From the NCBI GenBank assembly GCA_016218475.1, contig JACREB010000061.1, positions 1 to 47,524 of the forward strand: a stretch of 47,524 nucleotides of DNA, read 5' to 3'. The DNA is from Nitrosomonadales bacterium. GTDB lineage: Bacteria > Pseudomonadota > Gammaproteobacteria > Burkholderiales > Gallionellaceae. Under the pieces are notes generated by a model that worked only from the letters and a program-made list of their open reading frames with translations, did no database searches and was not told the DNA's origin. This document shows, piece after piece, positions 17,382 to 26,645 of this stretch. Each line of letters opens with the position of its first letter. Position 1 is the stretch's first letter. The position numbers and the translations under genes were made by a program.

Positions 17382-18356
17382 ATGAAGAATGCCAAGTTGA
17401 AAATAGGCCTAATCGCAATATCGAGTTTAGGCATGGTGTGGGGAAGCTCGTCAGCTTTTGCTGCCGAGAAGGAACTGCGGTGCAAGGCCGGTGGGGTGAA
17501 GGTAGAGTGCCCTACCATAACGGAAGCGGAAGCGAAAGCAGCATCGGCGGCCTTTCTGAAAGAAGGCAATGATATGGAGGGAGGCCAAGGTGGCAGCACC
17601 TATGGCATCGCGCCGTTTGATTATCTGACGGGTGTCGGCAAGCGCACCAAGTCCGACACCAAGACTTACAAAACGGCTAGTGGTTACGGTGGCAAGGCAG
17701 ATGAAGATCACTCCACAAACAAGACGGAATTGTGGGATCGGGTGAAAAAGCCCGCGTCGGATGGCGTGTCTGATAAAAGCGTGTACGATCAATGGACGAA
17801 CAACTGGTCTCCGAAGTTTGGTGAGACGAAGGTGGCAGGCGCCGATGCAAATCAGGGGAAAACCTATTATTATTCTTACTGTATTGCCTGCCACGGCTGG
17901 TTGATGCACGGTGACGGACCCAACGCCGCCGAACTGAACCCGAGGCCAAGGACGTTGACGCGTGGCGAGTACATGCAGAAGAAAACGAACCTTGAGTTGT
18001 TCAGGGTAATCAAGGGTGGTGGCGAGTCTGTTTCGCTTTCATCGTCGATGCCCAACTGGGGCAATGTGCTGCAGGATCAGGACATCTGGAATATCGTCGC
18101 CTTTATCCGGGCGATGCAGGATGTCCCGCCACCGAAGAGCGTGGAGGAATATCTTAATCCCAAATCAACCTTCAAGCCGATCAAGGGCGATGTAGACGCG
18201 ATGACTGCGTCGAAGAGCAAAGACTTCAAGGAAATGAATGAAGAGATCGAATCGGACATGACCGGGCGGGCTCCCGGCAGTGAGCTGGTTGGCGGCGGGT
18301 TTGTCAAGGGCGGCAATAGAGCCGCTCCGACTGAAGTCGCCGTGAAGGTTAAATAA
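17382..18356 (+). CDS. Periplasmic monoheme cytochrome c with long N- and C-terminal extensions
   Basis: GGGAG RBS; signal peptide; CIACH; distal SSMPNW. Confidence 0.8.
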   Translation: MKNAKLKIGLIAISSLGMVWGSSSAFAAEKELRCKAGGVKVECPTITEAEAKAASAAFLKEGNDMEGGQGGSTYGIAPFDYLTGVGKRTKSDTKTYKTASGYGGKADEDHSTNKTELWDRVKKPASDGVSDKSVYDQWTNNWSPKFGETKVAGADANQGKTYYYSYCIACHGWLMHGDGPNAAELNPRPRTLTRGEYMQKKTNLELFRVIKGGGESVSLSSSMPNWGNVLQDQDIWNIVAFIRAMQDVPPPKSVEEYLNPKSTFKPIKGDVDAMTASKSKDFKEMNEEIESDMTGRAPGSELVGGGFVKGGNRAAPTEVAVKVK

Positions 18357-18606
18357 GGGTTTGTCATGACGAAAATTCACCTGAATGCTGGGGTGCATGA
18401 GTAGGCTTGTAATTTTGAACCCGTAGTAAGAGATGGCTTGGGCGAGGTATACTCACGGATGAAAGTCCAAGGGTATACCTCTCTCGTTTTGTGACACCCG
18501 AAAAAATCTTCTCTTTTCGAAACTATCGGCGCCTGAATTTGCCGGATGGTTCGCAGATACGCGCATCAATGCTCTCAAGGTATAAAGCAAAAGAGGTAAA
18601 TCACAC

Positions 18607-20376
18607 ATGACGCCCCAGGTTTCTTTGGCCGTCGCCGAAGAGTCACAATCATCGCTTGGCGCCCGTTTGTATCGACGTATTCTGGTTGCGCTGGATTCTT
18701 CCGACCATGCCAATGCCGCCATGCGAAGCGCAACGGAATTAGCGGGCTTGATAGACGCCCCGGTAATTACCGGCACTCATGTGTATGCCGCGAGGCTGCA
18801 TGACATGCGCTTCCGCCAGATGGAAGGCGGTTTGCCCGAGCAGTTCAGGCAGGAAGAGGAGTTGGAGCGCCAGAGGGATGTACACGACGACCTGATTACC
18901 CGCGGATTGTCGATTATTACCGACTCCTACCTTGACCGGGCAGCGACCGAATGCGGGCGGCTCGGGATCAGCTTCAAGCGCAGTTCTCTGGAAGGGAAAA
19001 ATTACCGTGCGCTCACACGCGAAACCAATTCAGGTGCTTATGACCTGCTCATAATGGGCGCATTGGGTCTCGGCGCCATACAGGGAAGCCGTCTGGGCAC
19101 TGTATGCAAGCGGGTAGCACGGCGCTCGGTCATTGATACGCTGGTTATCAAGGAACCCGGACGCCCGATCAAGGAAGGCTCCATTGTCGTCGCGGTGGAT
19201 GGCTCGGCAAAGGCCTACGGGGGGTTGCTTACCGCGTTGTCATTGGCAAAGCACTGGCAGGTGCCGGTCAAGGTGATTGCCGCCTTCGACCCCTATTACC
19301 ATTATGTCGCGTTTAACCGCATTGCCGGTGTGCTGTCCGAAGAAGCGGGCAAAGTATTCAAGTTCAAGGAACAGGAAAAACTGCATGAAGAAATCATCGA
19401 TTCCGGATTGGCCAAAATATATGATGGTCATTTGGCTGTCGCCCGATCCATCGCCGAAGATTTTGGAGTAGCGATAGAAACAGAGCTGCTGGCAGGCAAA
19501 GCCCATGACGCAATTGAAAAGTATGTCAGGAAAGTCAAACCATCGCTCCTGATTATCGGTAAATTGGGCATCCATGCCGATGATGAACTCGATATCGGCG
19601 GCAATAGCGAGCATCTGCTGGAAAACGTGGACTGCGCCGTTCTGCTCAGCATGCGCGAATACCAGCCGGAAATCGACGTCGTGTCCGGCGTTACCACGTC
19701 CTGGACCCATGAAGCCGAAGCCAGGATGGAGCGTGTGCCCTCCTTTGTCCGCAACATGGCGCGCATGGCCATCATGCGTTATGCGCAGGAGCACGGCCAT
19801 ACCGTCATCACCCGGAAGATTGTAGATGAAGCGACCGCACAACTCATGCCGAACCACGCGGAACAGGCCATGGGAGAAATCGTTGCCGCCTACGATGCCG
19901 GAGAACTGAAGCGCAAACCCGGGGCAGAAGATGCCATGCGCTGGTCCAAAGAGGCCGTCGCGCTTTTGCTCACCGTCGAAGATCTTTCGGTGCGCGGCAA
20001 TCTCAGCATGCGCGCCGAGAAAAAAGCCCGCCAGGGAAAGAGTGTTGAGGTGGAAGCAAGGCACATTCAACCGTTCCTTGACACCGAAGCGCCAGATAAT
20101 AGCCAGCCCACGACGCCTGCCGAACTTCATTGGCAGGCCGCAGCACTGGCACGCCTGATGCGTGTTCCAGAAGGTTTCATGCGTGACAGATGCAAGCAGA
20201 GCATCGAGAGCTATGCACGGCAGAATAGCCACGGTGAAGTCACATTGGAAGTGGCGGAAAATGGCCTCAAGATGGCACGCGGCGAAATGGAAAAAACCGT
20301 GAAGGGGCAGAGCGGGCAAGATTCCAAACCGGCGCAAGGCGGTTGCCCTTTTGGCTTCGGCAAGAAAAAGCAATAA
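18607..20376 (+). CDS. Tandem universal stress protein domains plus three PCP_red-like repeats
   Basis: RRILVALDSS, DLLIMGALG and IVVAVDGS USP motifs; WTHEAEARMERVPSFVR-type repeats; C-terminal GGCPFGF. Confidence 0.8.
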   Translation: MTPQVSLAVAEESQSSLGARLYRRILVALDSSDHANAAMRSATELAGLIDAPVITGTHVYAARLHDMRFRQMEGGLPEQFRQEEELERQRDVHDDLITRGLSIITDSYLDRAATECGRLGISFKRSSLEGKNYRALTRETNSGAYDLLIMGALGLGAIQGSRLGTVCKRVARRSVIDTLVIKEPGRPIKEGSIVVAVDGSAKAYGGLLTALSLAKHWQVPVKVIAAFDPYYHYVAFNRIAGVLSEEAGKVFKFKEQEKLHEEIIDSGLAKIYDGHLAVARSIAEDFGVAIETELLAGKAHDAIEKYVRKVKPSLLIIGKLGIHADDELDIGGNSEHLLENVDCAVLLSMREYQPEIDVVSGVTTSWTHEAEARMERVPSFVRNMARMAIMRYAQEHGHTVITRKIVDEATAQLMPNHAEQAMGEIVAAYDAGELKRKPGAEDAMRWSKEAVALLLTVEDLSVRGNLSMRAEKKARQGKSVEVEARHIQPFLDTEAPDNSQPTTPAELHWQAAALARLMRVPEGFMRDRCKQSIESYARQNSHGEVTLEVAENGLKMARGEMEKTVKGQSGQDSKPAQGGCPFGFGKKKQ

Positions 20377-20408
20377 GCCCCCATCAAATTCAAGATCACA
20401 AATGCATT

Positions 20409-20431
20409 GTTCCCAAGGTCACCTTGGGAAC
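20409..20431. repeat. Perfect 11-bp inverted repeat (REP-like hairpin)
   Basis: GTTCCCAAGGT-C-ACCTTGGGAAC. Confidence 0.6.
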
Positions 20432-20523
20432 GCCTGCCGGCTCCCACAAAGACAATGCTGCAATTGGAGGGGAGGCGAATTTCTCTAATGAACTATTTGG
20501 GTTAAATTGATAGGAGAAACGCC

Positions 20524-20835
20524 ATGAATCAATCAACCGGACAGATCGCCATTTATCAGACCGATGACGGTCAGGTACAGCTTGAGGCGGCTCTGGAACA
20601 GGAAACGGTGTGGCTGTCGCAAGCGCAGATGGTCGGGCTGTTCGGGCGCAACCAGTCGGTTGTTTCGCGGCATATTCGCAATGCTTTAGCTGGAGGTGAA
20701 GTGGTCGAAAAAAGCAATATGCAAAAAATGCATATTGTAAATTCCGACAGGCTTCTCAACCTCGCGAGCATCACTGGCGGCACAGCCCGCGTAGCATGCT
20801 TTGCGCAAGTTGTCGTCATGAATCATTCTGGATGA
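20524..20835 (+). pseudogene. RhuM-family (virulence/Fic-associated) N-terminal fragment
   Basis: IAIYQTDDG...ETVWLSQAQM..LF...SVVSRHIRN...GE; homology ends near NSDR. Confidence 0.7.
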
Positions 20836-20842
20836 AGCGATA

Positions 20843-22903
20843 ATGGATGCACCACACACCAGCAATACCGGCGCAAACAATTTATTTTTGCTCGCCATCA
20901 ACCTGACCAAACGCTGCAATCTCGCTTGCGCCCATTGCTACATGGACGCGGAAACCATGAAGCATGGCGATGCAAATGAGCTTACCACGGATGAGGTGCG
21001 TACCCTGCTGGATGATATTGCAGCCAGCAGCACTGAAACCATGGTCGTGCTTACCGGCGGCGAGCCGATGATGCGCGGCGATCTTGAAGAACTGGTGGCA
21101 CATGGTACCGGGCTTGGCCTTTCGATGGTGGTGGGAACAAATGGCGTCGCGCTCACCGATAAGCGCGTGCAGTCGCTGAAGGCCGCCGGGGCAATGGGTG
21201 CGGGCATCAGTGTCGATTCGCTCGACCCGGAAAAGCATGATGTTTTCCGCGGGCTACCCGGCGCGTGGGAAAAAACCATGCAGGGCATCGAGGCCTGCAA
21301 GCGCCATGATTTGTCCTTCCAGATACATTTCTCCGTCACCGAATCAAATGCAGAAGAAATCCATTCCATGATCGACTTCGCCCGCGCCGCAGGCGCGCGG
21401 GTGTTGAACGTGTTCTTTCTGGTGTGTACCGGTCGCGGCGAATCCATGTCGGACATCAGCCCCATCACCTATGAGCGGGTGCTCAACCAACTGGTGGCGG
21501 CGCAGGAGCAAAGCCGGGATTTGCTCATCCGCGCCCGTTGTGCGCCCCATTACAAGCGCATCGCCTACCAGCGCAACCCGGCCTCGACGCTCACGCGGGC
21601 TGCGGGTTACGAGGGCGGCGGTTGTCTGGCGGGCATCCATTATTGCCGCATCACGCCGGAAGGCGGCGTTACGGCCTGCCCTTATATTCCCGAGGAAGAA
21701 GGCAACATCCGCGACAGAAAATTCTGGGATATCTGGAATCAATCGCCCACTTTTCAATCTTTGCGCAACCCAAAGCTGCAAGGCAAGTGCGGCAGTTGCG
21801 AATTCAGGATATTGTGCGGCGGCTGCCGGGCGCGGCCTCTCGCCATGGGTGGTAGCCTGATGGATACTGATCCCTGGTGCATCTATATACCTGATGAGTC
21901 CGCCGTCATCGAACCCTTGGTCGAGCAGCCAAAGAAACTTGTCTGGAGCGAGGAGGCGGAGAAACGCCTGTCGCGCGTCCCCTCCTTCTTGCGCAAAATG
22001 GTCAGGAACCGTGCCGAAAGTTATGTGCATGAACTTGGCCTGCATAGGGTGACGGAAGAGCACCTGGCTATCCTGTCCGCAAAACGATTCGGCAGCAACG
22101 GCCCACCACGCCCCGGAAAACAACTGGGGGGAGTAGAAAAAACAACCCATGAAGTGGCAGGGGAAACTGCTGGCGAAGCGCTGCCCTGGAGCGAGCAGGC
22201 ACGGGAACGGCTGGCATCCATGCCCGCTTTCCTTCAGGAGGGAGTGCGCGCGATTGCCGGGGATGTCGCCCGTTCAGAAGGCCGTCTGGAAGTAAACATC
22301 AAGCTTCTGGACAGGTTGGAAGCGGAACAGCAGCCCGGTCGCAGCTTGCCATGGACCGAAGAACCGGAACAATTGCTCAAGGAGTTTCTCGCCGGAAAAG
22401 CGCCCCAGGTGCGCATGTTCGTCGCGCCTGCGCTGGAGAGCACAGCGGAAAATTTTGCCCGGAAACGGCGCGCCACAACTGTGGAGCGGGTCGATGCCGA
22501 GGAGGCCATCGCCCAGTTGACCGGTGGCGTAGAATGGGATGAAGATGCGCTGGCGCGCGTGCTGTCCGCACCCGATTTCAACCGCGCGGGGATCAAGAAA
22601 GCCGCTGAATTCAACGCCCGCAAAGATGGCATCAAGCGTATTACTTCCAGCGACCTGACGCGCTTCCGCAATAACGCCATGATGCGAGCGGTGCAACGCA
22701 TGAAGGGATTCGGGATGCGGGAATTGAGTTTCGATGCCTATGAGATCGCGCGTGATCGCGTGCCGCGCCTCAAGGATAATCCCGAAGCCGACAAACGCTT
22801 TGACACCATCCGGAATTTCGTTGCTGCAAGAGAGAATCCCGGCGATTTGCTGGGGCAGGATTTGCTCGAAAAAATGAAGGCGCAACTCAAGGCAAACAAG
22901 TAA
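20843..22903 (+). CDS. Radical SAM/SPASM protein (AhbC/AhbD/NirJ-like) with four C-terminal PCP_red-like repeats
   Basis: CNLACAHC; LTGGEP; GCLAG...ACPY...KCGSCEFRILCGGCRAR...DPWC; WSEEAEKRLSRVPSFLR-type repeats. Confidence 0.8.
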   Translation: MDAPHTSNTGANNLFLLAINLTKRCNLACAHCYMDAETMKHGDANELTTDEVRTLLDDIAASSTETMVVLTGGEPMMRGDLEELVAHGTGLGLSMVVGTNGVALTDKRVQSLKAAGAMGAGISVDSLDPEKHDVFRGLPGAWEKTMQGIEACKRHDLSFQIHFSVTESNAEEIHSMIDFARAAGARVLNVFFLVCTGRGESMSDISPITYERVLNQLVAAQEQSRDLLIRARCAPHYKRIAYQRNPASTLTRAAGYEGGGCLAGIHYCRITPEGGVTACPYIPEEEGNIRDRKFWDIWNQSPTFQSLRNPKLQGKCGSCEFRILCGGCRARPLAMGGSLMDTDPWCIYIPDESAVIEPLVEQPKKLVWSEEAEKRLSRVPSFLRKMVRNRAESYVHELGLHRVTEEHLAILSAKRFGSNGPPRPGKQLGGVEKTTHEVAGETAGEALPWSEQARERLASMPAFLQEGVRAIAGDVARSEGRLEVNIKLLDRLEAEQQPGRSLPWTEEPEQLLKEFLAGKAPQVRMFVAPALESTAENFARKRRATTVERVDAEEAIAQLTGGVEWDEDALARVLSAPDFNRAGIKKAAEFNARKDGIKRITSSDLTRFRNNAMMRAVQRMKGFGMRELSFDAYEIARDRVPRLKDNPEADKRFDTIRNFVAARENPGDLLGQDLLEKMKAQLKANK

Positions 22904-22911
22904 AATTCGAT

Positions 22912-23083
22912 TGATCCTGAGAAAAGCAATTGTCCGCAGATTACACAGATTACGCAAGATTAAACAAAGGATTATCGAGATGAGCCGGATAACCGTTTGG
23001 GCGAGACATCAGTTATTGGTAACTGCTTCAAAATCTGCGTGAATCTGTGTAATCTGCGGATTGAACTGCGGTTTTAAGGTTGA
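22912..23083. repeat. MITE-like palindromic element with CAGATTA-type subrepeats
   Basis: CCGCAGATTACACAGATTACGCAAGATT (22934-22961) is inverted against AATCTGCGTGAATCTGTGTAATCTGCGG (23032-23059); outer limits approximate. Confidence 0.7.
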
Positions 23084-23113
23084 TTGAACAAAACGGAATT
23101 CGACGGCATAGCG

Positions 23114-24571
23114 ATGGATAAACTTGATGTACTCATAATCGGCGGCGGTATTTCAGGGCTGGCCTCTGCCTGGTGGCTGGCGCGTAGTGGCTTGTCTGTA
23201 GAGGTGTGGGAGGCAAACAAGCGTCCGGGCGGCAAGATCATGAGCACAAGTCAGGACGGCTATCTCACCGAGCGTGCTGCGTCCATGGTGTTGAATTTTC
23301 GCCCGGAGGTTGCAGAGCTGGTACGCGGGGCCGGGCTGGAGTCGTCAAAGACAGCCCGCTTGCCTGCCGCCGAGGCACGCCGTTATCTGTTACACCAGGG
23401 TAGCCTGAAGGCTCTGCCCATGCGTCTGGGCGCCATGGTGGCGTCACCCTTGTGGAGCCTGCGCGGTAAATTGCGCCTGCTTGCCGAACCATTCATCTTT
23501 TCCAGCGGGCGAGCCGATGAACCGGTCAGCGAATTTATCACCCGCCGGCTTGGACATGAAATACTGGAAAAGGCCATGGAGCCGTTCATAGCCGGGACGC
23601 TGGCGGCGGATGCCGAGCAGACCAGCGCCGCTGCCGTCATGCCGCGCCTTGCCGAACTGGAGCGGCGCTATGGCAGCATCGGTGCGGGGATACTGGTTAA
23701 CCGCGTATTGTGTCGCCGCACTGCCTGCACTACCGAAACCTTTTCATTCCGTGGTGGCATGAGCGCGCTGGTGGAGGTGTTGTCCAAATCCCCCGGTGTA
23801 AACATGCGCACCGGCCATTCTGCGGAAGAACTGGTTCGCGAAGGGGACGGCTGGCAGATCGCGGCGGTAACACCACGCGGACAGCGCACCGTGTCAGCGC
23901 ACCATGTGATCGTGGCAACACCCGCTCCTGCGGCTGCTGCACTGGTCGCTTCATCGGACAAATATCTGGCGGAGTTGCTGCGCGGAATCGGCTATGCCCG
24001 CCTGGCGGTTGTGCATACTGGGCTAGCCAGAGACTCGGTTGGGCATCCGCTCGACGGCACAGGATTCCTGGCGCCCAAGGGCGAGAGCGCAATCCTGACG
24101 GGCAATATGTGGATGAGCACCCTGTTTCCGGATCGTGCGCCCCCGGGGAAAATTCTGCTGACTTCGTATCTCGGCGGCGCGCGCGCACCCCAGGTGGCGG
24201 ACTGGGACGATAGTCATCTCGCCGATGAGGTGCTTGCAACACTGCGCCCGCTGATAGGTTTAAAAACCGATCCGGAGATGGTGCGAATCGACAGGCATCA
24301 CGAGGCGCTACCCCTGTATCACGGCGCTTACCAGGCACGGATGCAGGCAATCGCGGCACGCTTGCAACATATTCCCGGGCTCCACCTTGAAGCCAATTAC
24401 AGGGGCGGGGTGTCAGTGCGGGATCGCCTTGTATGCGGCCATGCAGTGGCGAACCATATTCTGGGGACACGGCGATGGGAATCGGTTGAGCGGAAGAGGA
24501 GTGAAAAAACAGGAATGTCTGGCGAGAATGCTGTGTATCCGATTGATTCAATCAGCCATGCATTGGAGTAG
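23114..24571 (+). CDS. hemG: HemY-type FAD-dependent proto/coproporphyrinogen oxidase
   Basis: IIGGGISGL dinucleotide fold; E...RPGGKI; SEFITRRLG; FSFRGGM; GTGFL; NYRGGVSV.D. Confidence 0.85.
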   Translation: MDKLDVLIIGGGISGLASAWWLARSGLSVEVWEANKRPGGKIMSTSQDGYLTERAASMVLNFRPEVAELVRGAGLESSKTARLPAAEARRYLLHQGSLKALPMRLGAMVASPLWSLRGKLRLLAEPFIFSSGRADEPVSEFITRRLGHEILEKAMEPFIAGTLAADAEQTSAAAVMPRLAELERRYGSIGAGILVNRVLCRRTACTTETFSFRGGMSALVEVLSKSPGVNMRTGHSAEELVREGDGWQIAAVTPRGQRTVSAHHVIVATPAPAAAALVASSDKYLAELLRGIGYARLAVVHTGLARDSVGHPLDGTGFLAPKGESAILTGNMWMSTLFPDRAPPGKILLTSYLGGARAPQVADWDDSHLADEVLATLRPLIGLKTDPEMVRIDRHHEALPLYHGAYQARMQAIAARLQHIPGLHLEANYRGGVSVRDRLVCGHAVANHILGTRRWESVERKRSEKTGMSGENAVYPIDSISHALE

Positions 24572-24577
24572 CGTCTA

Positions 24578-24692
24578 TTAACATGAAACTCGCGAAGCGA
24601 TTCGTTTGCTCTTTCCCCCGCAAGCGGGGGAAAGTTGGATAGGGGGAAACGGGCATGGTGAATTTCATTATCAGGGGTGGCATCTTTGCCAT
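24578..24692 (+). repeat. Dispersed palindromic repeat, family A copy 1 (intergenic)
   Basis: TTAACATGAAA...AGCGATTCGTTTG...CCCGCAAGCGGG...AACGGGCATGG...GTGGCAT; matches 32684-32796 and 46703-46812. Confidence 0.8.
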
Positions 24693-24755
24693 GACCGTCA
24701 GAGCAGGCGTCTGGAATTCAGCCGGAAAGTTTTACAATCAACAAAGGAGCGCAAA

Positions 24756-25214
24756 ATGAATAATTGCCAGGTGAGAGCGATTTCTATCGTTCTATGTTTG
24801 GGCATGATGGCTTTTTCCGATGCGGGGTTCGCTAAAGAACCGCTGAAGAAAGAAAGGAGCCGCTCCCATATAGAGCTTGACCCAAGTAATACCGGGACGT
24901 ACACCGGAGAAGCGGGCAAGGATAACTTCATTGCGAACTGCTCTCCTTGTCACGGGGAAGCCGGGCAAGGTGACGGCCCTCTTGCGGGTACTCTCGGTGA
25001 GGGGGTGAAGCCCCGTAATTTGAGCGACGCCAAACTGCTGTCAGCCCGGACAGACGATTTTCTTTTCAAGGTGATCAAATCCGGCGGAGCCGCGGTGGGG
25101 TTCTCCGAGGCAATGCCGAGCTGGAAGGAAACCTTTACCGATGCGCAGATCAAGCAAATCATTCAACATCTCAGGAAGGGCATTTGCAAGTGCAAATACA
25201 ATGGCAACAAATGA
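24756..25214 (+). CDS. Periplasmic monoheme cytochrome c
   Basis: AAGGAG RBS; signal peptide; CSPCH; distal AMPSW. Confidence 0.85.
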   Translation: MNNCQVRAISIVLCLGMMAFSDAGFAKEPLKKERSRSHIELDPSNTGTYTGEAGKDNFIANCSPCHGEAGQGDGPLAGTLGEGVKPRNLSDAKLLSARTDDFLFKVIKSGGAAVGFSEAMPSWKETFTDAQIKQIIQHLRKGICKCKYNGNK

Positions 25215-25332
25215 AGCTGACGGGAAAATTTTGCGCATTTTTTGCGCTGATAAATAGGCGGTATCGCTGTATGCAAAGATTCTCGAAGGATTGATTGCAT
25301 GAAAATTGTGCGCCACGGGAGCAGTGAGGATG

Positions 25333-25485
25333 TAATTCCAATTCCAGATAGAAACACCGCTAATTTTTACCCACAACCGTTCGGCCTGAGCTTGTCGAAG
25401 GCCAGTATTGGCAAGGTAACTGTGGTTCGACAGGCTCACCACGAACGGATTGGATTATTGGTGTTTCTATCTGGAATTGGAATTA
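25333..25485. mobile_element. MITE with perfect 26-bp terminal inverted repeats enclosing a family C palindrome (25377-25448)
   Basis: TAATTCCAATTCCAGATAGAAACACC / GGTGTTTCTATCTGGAATTGGAATTA. Confidence 0.75.
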
Positions 25486-25645
25486 TGACAATCTGGAGGC
25501 GGCGGATGGCGGTATGGCACAGGAAGCGCATTCAGCGAAATCATGCTGCCAGAGATGCTGCCAGAACGCCGCCAGCAATTACACGATGCGCTGCTGTTGT
25601 ATTGCGAGCGGGATACGCTGGCGATGGTGCGTATTGCTCTTTTTC
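25484..25645 (+). pseudogene. C-terminal remnant of a DUF2779-like protein
   Basis: YDNLEAADGGMAQEA then, frameshifted, LLLYCERDTLAMVRI; begins at the MITE end. Confidence 0.5.
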
Positions 25646-25886
25646 CTCAAGTTATCAAGCCCGTACTGTTTTCTCGACAAAGCCAGATCACGAATGCTGC
25701 TGCCTTGGGCTATGGTTTCGATATTGGAAATACCGCCAACGATTTCGAATTTCATACAGTTAAATATTCCAGGTTCGAATCAAGATCGGATGAGGTGCAA
25801 ATTAAATGAACCAGGCTCGAATTGATTTATTTTCCACCCGGATTTATGCCAACATGATTTGACGATTAATTTCTCCCCCCGATTAC

Positions 25887-26645
25887 TCATGAACAGGTTT
25901 GCGCATCCATCAGCACCCACAAAATCAGTGCCGCAGTTTCCAGCAGCTCAAGCAGCGCACCCGCCGTGTCGCCGGTGGTACCGCCGAGGCGCGCCATCAT
26001 CATGCGCCGCAGCAGCCAGAACACGGCGATACATCCCAGCACCAACCATGCCCCGCGCATCCCAAGCACGACCAGCACGGCCAGCAAAGTGGCCAGCAGC
26101 ATCACGATCACGGCGCGGCGCGGCGCATGCCGGGCAAACGCATCACCGAGTCCGCCGGGGCGCACGTAAGGGGTGGTGATGAACAGCAAGGGCATGGCGC
26201 TGCGGGCCAGCAGCAGCGGCCACAACAATGCCCAATCATTGCCGCACTGCGTCAGGCCGACCAGTGCGGAGAATTTCAGCAGCAATACCAGCACCACGGC
26301 GACCACCGCAGCGGGGCCTGCATACGGGTCTTTCATGATCGCCAGCGTGCGTTCGCGGTTGCCGATGCCGCCCAGCCACGCATCCGCGCTATCTGCCAAA
26401 CCGTCCAAGTGCAGCGCGCCGGTCATCGCCACCCAGGCGGCCAGCAGCAGGGCGGCGTGCAGCAACACCGGCACGCCATGCAGCATGGTGTGCAGCCCGG
26501 CCAGCAACGCGCCGAGCAACAGCCCCACCAGCGGGTAATACAGCAGCGACGCGCCGATTTCGCGTTCGCCATACGGTTGTTTGAGCATGACCGGGATCTG
26601 CGTGAGGAACTGGATTGCGAGGAGCAGGGGATAGAAAGGTTTCAT
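25887..26645 (-). CDS. cobS: Adenosylcobinamide-GDP ribazoletransferase (cobalamin synthase)
   Basis: AIQFLT, TGALHLDGLADSADA, IMKDP, GGTTGDTAGA. Confidence 0.92.
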   Translation of the reverse strand: MKPFYPLLLAIQFLTQIPVMLKQPYGEREIGASLLYYPLVGLLLGALLAGLHTMLHGVPVLLHAALLLAAWVAMTGALHLDGLADSADAWLGGIGNRERTLAIMKDPYAGPAAVVAVVLVLLLKFSALVGLTQCGNDWALLWPLLLARSAMPLLFITTPYVRPGGLGDAFARHAPRRAVIVMLLATLLAVLVVLGMRGAWLVLGCIAVFWLLRRMMMARLGGTTGDTAGALLELLETAALILWVLMDAQTCS

